From positions 1 through 52,422 of IMG/VR virus record IMGVR_UViG_3300032216_001635: a DNA stretch of 52,422 nt; one strand, written 5' to 3'. The notes beneath the pieces were generated by a model that was not told the origin of the DNA, ran no database searches, and saw nothing but the letters and a program-made list of their open reading frames with translations. Positions 47,313 to 52,422 of this stretch are shown here, one piece after another. Within the stretch, counting starts at the first letter, position 1, and each line of letters starts with the position of its first letter. The stretch comes from a virus (Duplodnaviria; Caudoviricetes). The position numbers and the translations under genes were made by a program.

Positions 47313-48656
47313 ATGAACAGCATCTGTATTGTTGGCGGTGGAACCGCGGGTTGGTTATCCGCGGTCTATTTAGGCCACTCACTTCCTAACACAAAAATTA
47401 CACTAATCGAAAGCCCCGACATCCCTACTATTGGCGTTGGTGAAGGCACATGGCCTAGCATTATGAAAATGCTTAATAGCATTGGGATTAAATCAACAGA
47501 TCTAGTAACTAAAACAAATGGCGGTGTTAAATTAGGTATAAAATTTATCAATTTTGCAGAAAAGCCATTTTGGTTATCAACAGACCCCGACTGGGAAACT
47601 TGGGGAAGTGACTTGTGTCATGCTCTAGCTTCAAATAATAAATGTCCAATACTTACTGACGATAGTGTTTTTGGATGTCACTTTGTTGCTAGTGAATTAG
47701 CTAACCTATTACAGTCACATGCAGAAAAACAAGGTACAACTATTATTCGTGCAACCGTTACTTCTACAAATATAGTAGATAACAAGTGTAATAGCGTCAC
47801 ACTCAATACTGGCGAAGAAATTACAGCAGATTGGTTTGTTGATGCAAGTGGATTTAGACGATTACTAATTGGTAAAACTAATAGTCAGTTTAATGACTAC
47901 AGTTCTGAACTATTAGTTGATAGTGCGTGTGTAGGACAAAAATCTTATACAAATCCCGAAAAAGAATATGAGCCGTTTACTTCTAGCATTGCAATGACAG
48001 CAGGGTGGCGATTTAAAATTCCAGTCTATGAACGATCGGGCAACGGATATGTGTATAGTTCTAAGTTTATCTCTCCCAAGTCTGCTGAATTAGAGTTTAC
48101 TACTGCAACCGGAGTAGAAAATCCGCGTCACATTAAAATGCATCCGGGTTATTATACTGAAATTATTAACGGAAATATCATTGCTGTGGGATTTGCCAGC
48201 GGATTTATTGAGCCGTTAGAAGCAACTGCTATACATCTAGCAGGGCAAACAATTAAAGGTGCTGTTGAAGTAATAACAGGGCAAAAAACACAAGCACAAG
48301 CTAACGAAGACCTTGGTAAAAAGATAAAATACATTAAAGTAGTTGTATTAGGACACTATGCTTTTAGCAAACGAACCGACCCTTTTTGGATTGCCGCCAG
48401 TCAAGCCGCCCGGGAATCAAAAGACTTCAAGGACTTCTGGAGAACGATTAAATACAAGTATCCAACAAAGGACGATAATCTAGACAATGGATACCCGTAC
48501 TTTCAATGGAACGAATTATTAAGAGGATTTGGGGAAGAACACTATTATCCAAATATTTCGCATGATGCAAAAATGCAAGTATATTTGGCTCAAAAAAGTC
48601 TACCAAATCACCACAGATATATAACAGAGATAAGGATTAAAAATGGAATCGGATAA
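47313..48656 (+). CDS. Tryptophan-halogenase-family (PrnA-like) flavin-dependent enzyme
   Basis: IVGGGTAGW FAD motif, IGVGEGT, KLGIKF (catalytic Lys position), FVDASGF, GWRFKIP, GNGYVYSS and GFIEPLEATAI. Confidence 0.88.
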   Translation: MNSICIVGGGTAGWLSAVYLGHSLPNTKITLIESPDIPTIGVGEGTWPSIMKMLNSIGIKSTDLVTKTNGGVKLGIKFINFAEKPFWLSTDPDWETWGSDLCHALASNNKCPILTDDSVFGCHFVASELANLLQSHAEKQGTTIIRATVTSTNIVDNKCNSVTLNTGEEITADWFVDASGFRRLLIGKTNSQFNDYSSELLVDSACVGQKSYTNPEKEYEPFTSSIAMTAGWRFKIPVYERSGNGYVYSSKFISPKSAELEFTTATGVENPRHIKMHPGYYTEIINGNIIAVGFASGFIEPLEATAIHLAGQTIKGAVEVITGQKTQAQANEDLGKKIKYIKVVVLGHYAFSKRTDPFWIAASQAARESKDFKDFWRTIKYKYPTKDDNLDNGYPYFQWNELLRGFGEEHYYPNISHDAKMQVYLAQKSLPNHHRYITEIRIKNGIG

Positions 48657-49320
48657 AAAGAGATGGACAATCGCTGAAATTATGGATGCTATTCCTCGCG
48701 GAATGAGCGACTTTCAAATGAAGCAATTTGTGGTTAACGCACAGATTACTCCAATGAAGCAAATACAGCAAATTGCGTTAGAAGCAGATGTTCGTGAAGA
48801 TAACTTACGTAAGAGTGTTTACGAAGATAAGAAAAATAATCTAAAAATTCAGATCCTAAAAGAAAAGAAAAATCGTGAAACAGATCCATTATATCAAATG
48901 GAAATCGATCTCGAAATTCACAGCTTAGAAGAAAAACTATTCTTAAGCGAAAAAGAACAAGCTCGTATGAAATATGAATTAAAAACATTCTATGAATGTT
49001 TAGACTTTTTCAACGACAACTACGATATTGGAGAAATGATCTCCATGCGTGATACTCTAGAAGTTGACTATTGGGTCAAACGTCTAGGTCGTCAGGCAGG
49101 TTTAGATATTGTGTCAACTGGCAGAATCAGTACTGGTAACTTGGCCGCCATGTTAGATTTACCTGAAGAAATTTTTAAGGTAACACTAAAGGAAGCATTG
49201 TCAATTACTAACGAAATGGCTAACTACATTCCTGTTCCTCAACTAGGAATGGAGCCAGATAAAGAAGCACTGATCAAATTCAACCAGGATGGCACACAGG
49301 ATCGCATTGAACGATCTTAA
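48643..49320 (+). CDS. Hypothetical coiled-coil protein, possible fibre assembly factor
   Basis: AAGGA RBS; charged helical protein in the tail-tip cassette; 14-nt overlap with the upstream gene. Confidence 0.55.
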   Translation: MESDKKRWTIAEIMDAIPRGMSDFQMKQFVVNAQITPMKQIQQIALEADVREDNLRKSVYEDKKNNLKIQILKEKKNRETDPLYQMEIDLEIHSLEEKLFLSEKEQARMKYELKTFYECLDFFNDNYDIGEMISMRDTLEVDYWVKRLGRQAGLDIVSTGRISTGNLAAMLDLPEEIFKVTLKEALSITNEMANYIPVPQLGMEPDKEALIKFNQDGTQDRIERS

Positions 49321-49351
49321 TTACACCTCTTAAGGTAAGGTATTTAGAATT

Positions 49352-50014
49352 ATGCTATTAATGAAATTAGATTGGACACAGCCGTTAAGTTTTCAACTTC
49401 CTCCAGGAAGTACTGCGGCAACTAGCGGATGGGTTTTGGTAGATTTACCACTATCACAATTTACTCCTGAACTACAAGTGAAATTTAAAATTCACGAAAT
49501 TACAGATCCTACAATGATCGAAGCACTCACTCATTTAGAGTATCATGTGCTAGAAGACGGATGTGTAGTGAAAGGCGGAACAGTCGGCGATCACTCAGAT
49601 GCGGTTCATGACCATGAAAATCATATGTACGCATTTCCTTTAATTGCTGAGGAACATTTACCTCACTTTATTAATGCAATTAAGTATATTTCAAAAATAG
49701 AATGTCAGTCTCACTTTGATGCAAAGTTTGCCGCATTAACTCCTTCACAGTCTACATTAGAAGCTAGTACATTTGCACAACAACTAGCAGAAGCACAGGC
49801 GTTTATGGCCAACCCAGCTTATCCAACTCCGTTATTATCTGTGTTATCGCAAGGTTCAGGTATGAGCATTGCCGATCTAGCGCAACGTGCTATTGATAGA
49901 AATTCAGCATATGAAGGTCAGAAGGCAAGTTTACTTGCAGAAATGCTAGGCGATATGTTAGAAATCGATAACTGTACAACTGCCCTTGAGGTAAAGCAAC
50001 TTGGCTACATCTAA
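49352..50014 (+). CDS. Putative tail fibre assembly chaperone-like protein
   Basis: C-terminal E.STF.QQ..EA.A....P...TPLL..L....G.....LA pattern typical of small proteins downstream of fibre genes. Confidence 0.55.
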   Translation: MLLMKLDWTQPLSFQLPPGSTAATSGWVLVDLPLSQFTPELQVKFKIHEITDPTMIEALTHLEYHVLEDGCVVKGGTVGDHSDAVHDHENHMYAFPLIAEEHLPHFINAIKYISKIECQSHFDAKFAALTPSQSTLEASTFAQQLAEAQAFMANPAYPTPLLSVLSQGSGMSIADLAQRAIDRNSAYEGQKASLLAEMLGDMLEIDNCTTALEVKQLGYI

Positions 50015-50591
50015 TGTTAAGACAACAACAATGTTTGCAACGCCCGTCTGGACGTTGGTTAACAATTTAACTGAAGAAGAAATTGCAGAGCTAGTAAGAT
50101 TTAGTTATGAGATGGTACAGAAATATCCTAACTTAGATATTTCAAGCAAACGTGGCGGAGGTGGTAGTAGTGCATCACTAACTATTAACCATCCGCTACT
50201 AATGGGCATACTTCAAAAGAATGTTGCTGAGATTATTAAAGAATTTGAACCTGTTACAAAACTAAGTTTAAAGAATTATTGGGTTAATGTTAACCCGCCC
50301 GGGTCATATATGATTCCGCATGTACATCCTAGAGCAGTATTGGCATGTACATTATACATCCAAACTCCTCCTAACTGCGGTAAGATTACGTTTGTTAATC
50401 CTAACCTAGCCGCTCGTCAGGCATTTTATAGTTTTAAAGATGCTGAATACAACTATAAGTCATATAGTTTCCAACCTATTCCAGGAATGTGCATTGCGTT
50501 CCCTGCATGGTTGGATCACGGCGTTGAAGAAAATTTATCAAATACTGATAGAATCAGCATCAGCTTCAACCTCATTGCAGACGACGTTTAA
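50001..50591 (+). CDS. Putative 2OG-Fe(II) oxygenase, TIGR02466-like
   Basis: MFATPVW, WVNVN...PHVHP...LYI, FPAWLDHGV..N....RISISFN; TTG start with GAGGT RBS at 49988-49992 (alternative ATG at 50031). Confidence 0.85.
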   Translation: MATSNVKTTTMFATPVWTLVNNLTEEEIAELVRFSYEMVQKYPNLDISSKRGGGGSSASLTINHPLLMGILQKNVAEIIKEFEPVTKLSLKNYWVNVNPPGSYMIPHVHPRAVLACTLYIQTPPNCGKITFVNPNLAARQAFYSFKDAEYNYKSYSFQPIPGMCIAFPAWLDHGVEENLSNTDRISISFNLIADDV

Positions 50592-51013
50592 CTTAATAAA
50601 TCAAATATTGTTTGTATTTTTGCTTGGGTAGTTTTATTACTAAGAGTAGTTTTCAAGCCCGAATGCAACGGTTTTGGCCAGCACTCGTTTGATACCCAAG
50701 CCCATCCAGAATGTTCGTGATTTAGTTTAGGAATAAATTCATCTTCAACAAATAGGATATAGGTATGATAGTAAAATTCTCCATCTTTACTTTCATATTG
50801 TTCTAACGGAATTGTTTTTGATATTTCTGGTAGGAATCCAATCTCTTCTTGAATTTCTCTACAGAGCGCATCGTAAGGAGTTTGATCTGACGGTTCGTTC
50901 TTCCCACCAACAATCCCCCAAGTATTAGCAGTCTTGCTACTTGTTCTGTTTAATAGTAAAAACCTATGTGTTTTTTTGCTTAGAAATATTCCACCACTGC
51001 ATATTATATTCAT
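50588..51013 (-). CDS. Nudix hydrolase
   Basis: Nudix box WGIVGGKNE...ALCREIQEEIG; LNHEHSGWAW; ATGA coupling to the upstream gene. Confidence 0.9.
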   Translation of the reverse strand: MNIICSGGIFLSKKTHRFLLLNRTSSKTANTWGIVGGKNEPSDQTPYDALCREIQEEIGFLPEISKTIPLEQYESKDGEFYYHTYILFVEDEFIPKLNHEHSGWAWVSNECWPKPLHSGLKTTLSNKTTQAKIQTIFDLLS

Positions 51014-52422
51014 AGTACCAAGCGCCAGTTTCCTGGTGCATATTCTCCTTCATAACTAGCGATCCACTGTACGCCATCCCATACATACTGTGAACCAGTA
51101 CGTATATTAGTTATGTAGGTTAGGTCGGCAACATCTTTAGAGTTGAATATTGTGCTCCAAGTAGTTCCATTCCATGTAATAATATCGTTAGCATTTGCTG
51201 AAAATACTGAATGATCAGCATTAGACCAGTTAGCCGCGGTCTTTGCGGTATTAGGATACGCAGTCTCATAAACAATTTGTCCATTAAGATCACGTTTTTC
51301 ACGCATACGTGGACTATCAGGACTGCTAGGATTATATGCAGGATTGTTTTCATAAACAACTTGTCGATATTCTGGATTAATATCTTCAAGAATTAGATAA
51401 CGTATTCCTATTTGCGGATCAGTATTAGTAAATGTGTTTGGATCAATAATTGCATCAACATAAGTCTTACCACTACCTGCAGGAATTTCTGTATTAGTTG
51501 GCAATGTTGCAACATCGATATCTAAATGCATTATTTTTTCATCGGCCGGGTCCAAGCTGATCATAGCAACAATTTCTGTACCACCTGGTTTCTTGATACG
51601 TATTTGACTTAGGCCCGCCTTAAATTTTCCAGGATATCTATCTAGAATATTGATCCAGCTATAACCACCTGTTAAGGTAGCTGTTTTATTAAAGATAATA
51701 ACGCTTAGATCTTTTAAGTTATACCCAGCAACAGCAGTAGGTTGTCGACCGGTAAAGTATCCTTCATCATCATACGGGCTATCACCGATACTGCCAGTAG
51801 GTTCTGTAAAAATATTAGCAATAATATTTGTAATGATACCTAACTTTTTAACTTTAACAGGAGTGCTTAACCATATAGGTGCTGTAAATTCTAACTGTGC
51901 AATTTCAATATCTTGTTCTACACCCTGTGGTATAGCACGACTAGACCATGTCATGCCGCTTAGTTCAATATAGCTTAGACTAGTCCAGTCAATAAAGTTA
52001 TCTGTAGTTTGTATTTCCATTGCTGGTCTAAACAAAACTAAAATTTGTTCTAATAATTGTAACTTTTGATCAGTGTTTGACGACCATATATCAGCTTGAA
52101 ACTGTAATGTATAGGGAGTTGGCATTAGTCGTTCAACGGTATAGTTAGCACCTTGATTAGGACTAGATGCATTAATTGTTTGACCATATGTAGGACTTGC
52201 TGGATTCTCATCTAGATAGCTAGTGTCACGTTCGCGAATGTTTACCTTACTAATATAATACGGGTCTTGTAATCTGTCTCGAGCAAGATCCATACTTTTT
52301 ACATAGCAACTAATAAACGGAGCAGTCGGCATTACGTTTTCAGAATTCTTGTTTAATATTTGTGCTACTTGACGACTCATGTCACCGTAGCGAACAGGAA
52401 CCTGCGTGATATTACCTTTAGC
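51010..52422 (-). CDS. Tail sheath stabiliser/completion protein, T4 gp15-like, with C-terminal extension; 5'-partial
   Basis: The frame is open to the window end (AKGNITQVPVRYGDMSRQ...). VP..YG, P.IS, MPTPYTL and Q.LEQIL..F.P motifs of the gp15 family. Confidence 0.72.
   Translation of the reverse strand, partial: AKGNITQVPVRYGDMSRQVAQILNKNSENVMPTAPFISCYVKSMDLARDRLQDPYYISKVNIRERDTSYLDENPASPTYGQTINASSPNQGANYTVERLMPTPYTLQFQADIWSSNTDQKLQLLEQILVLFRPAMEIQTTDNFIDWTSLSYIELSGMTWSSRAIPQGVEQDIEIAQLEFTAPIWLSTPVKVKKLGIITNIIANIFTEPTGSIGDSPYDDEGYFTGRQPTAVAGYNLKDLSVIIFNKTATLTGGYSWINILDRYPGKFKAGLSQIRIKKPGGTEIVAMISLDPADEKIMHLDIDVATLPTNTEIPAGSGKTYVDAIIDPNTFTNTDPQIGIRYLILEDINPEYRQVVYENNPAYNPSSPDSPRMREKRDLNGQIVYETAYPNTAKTAANWSNADHSVFSANANDIITWNGTTWSTIFNSKDVADLTYITNIRTGSQYVWDGVQWIASYEGEYAPGNWRLVL

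Noticed and set aside
49341-49346. Minus-strand TAAATA between the 225-aa and 220-aa genes
   Set aside because: No credible minus-strand gene lies downstream; likely chance in AT-rich DNA.
1-52422. Stop-codon reassignment, as seen in some jumbo phages
   Set aside because: Genes tile the window densely under the standard code, and TAG (6456) and TGA (51010) both end genes at sensible boundaries.
1-52422. tRNA or rRNA genes
   Set aside because: The only gaps long enough (4326-4452, 9257-9379, 29167-29244) show no cloverleaf or T-loop consensus.

Overview
The window is part of the late (virion) gene region of a large T4-like jumbo tailed phage, read in the standard genetic code. It starts in the head module: a partial acidic core protein, gp21-like prohead protease, gp22-like scaffold, gp23-like major capsid and a bidirectional terminator. 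An antisense GH19 endolysin follows, then putative decoration and adaptor genes (one with a PA14 lectin domain) and about 37 kb of giant fibre/appendage genes (about 4253, 2189, 4524 and 887 aa). A tail-tip cassette carries a flavin-dependent halogenase-like gene and a TIGR02466-like 2OG-Fe(II) oxygenase. The window ends with a convergent Nudix hydrolase and a partial gp15-like tail completion gene. The most striking signal is in the ~4253-aa protein: 21 tandem ~160-aa helical repeats, each with one invariant CxRD motif in a context resembling the bilin-binding helix (Cys84-x-Arg86-Asp87) of phycobiliprotein subunits. These arrays are inserted into a split beta-helix frame that the 4524-aa protein also uses, with a LamG domain as its insert. 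Intergenic regions show repeated TAAATA late-promoter boxes, a 14-bp stem that would hide a ribosome-binding site only on read-through mRNA, a sigma70 promoter fused to a terminator, and two structured leaders. All calls come from motif recognition and hand folding; no searches were run.
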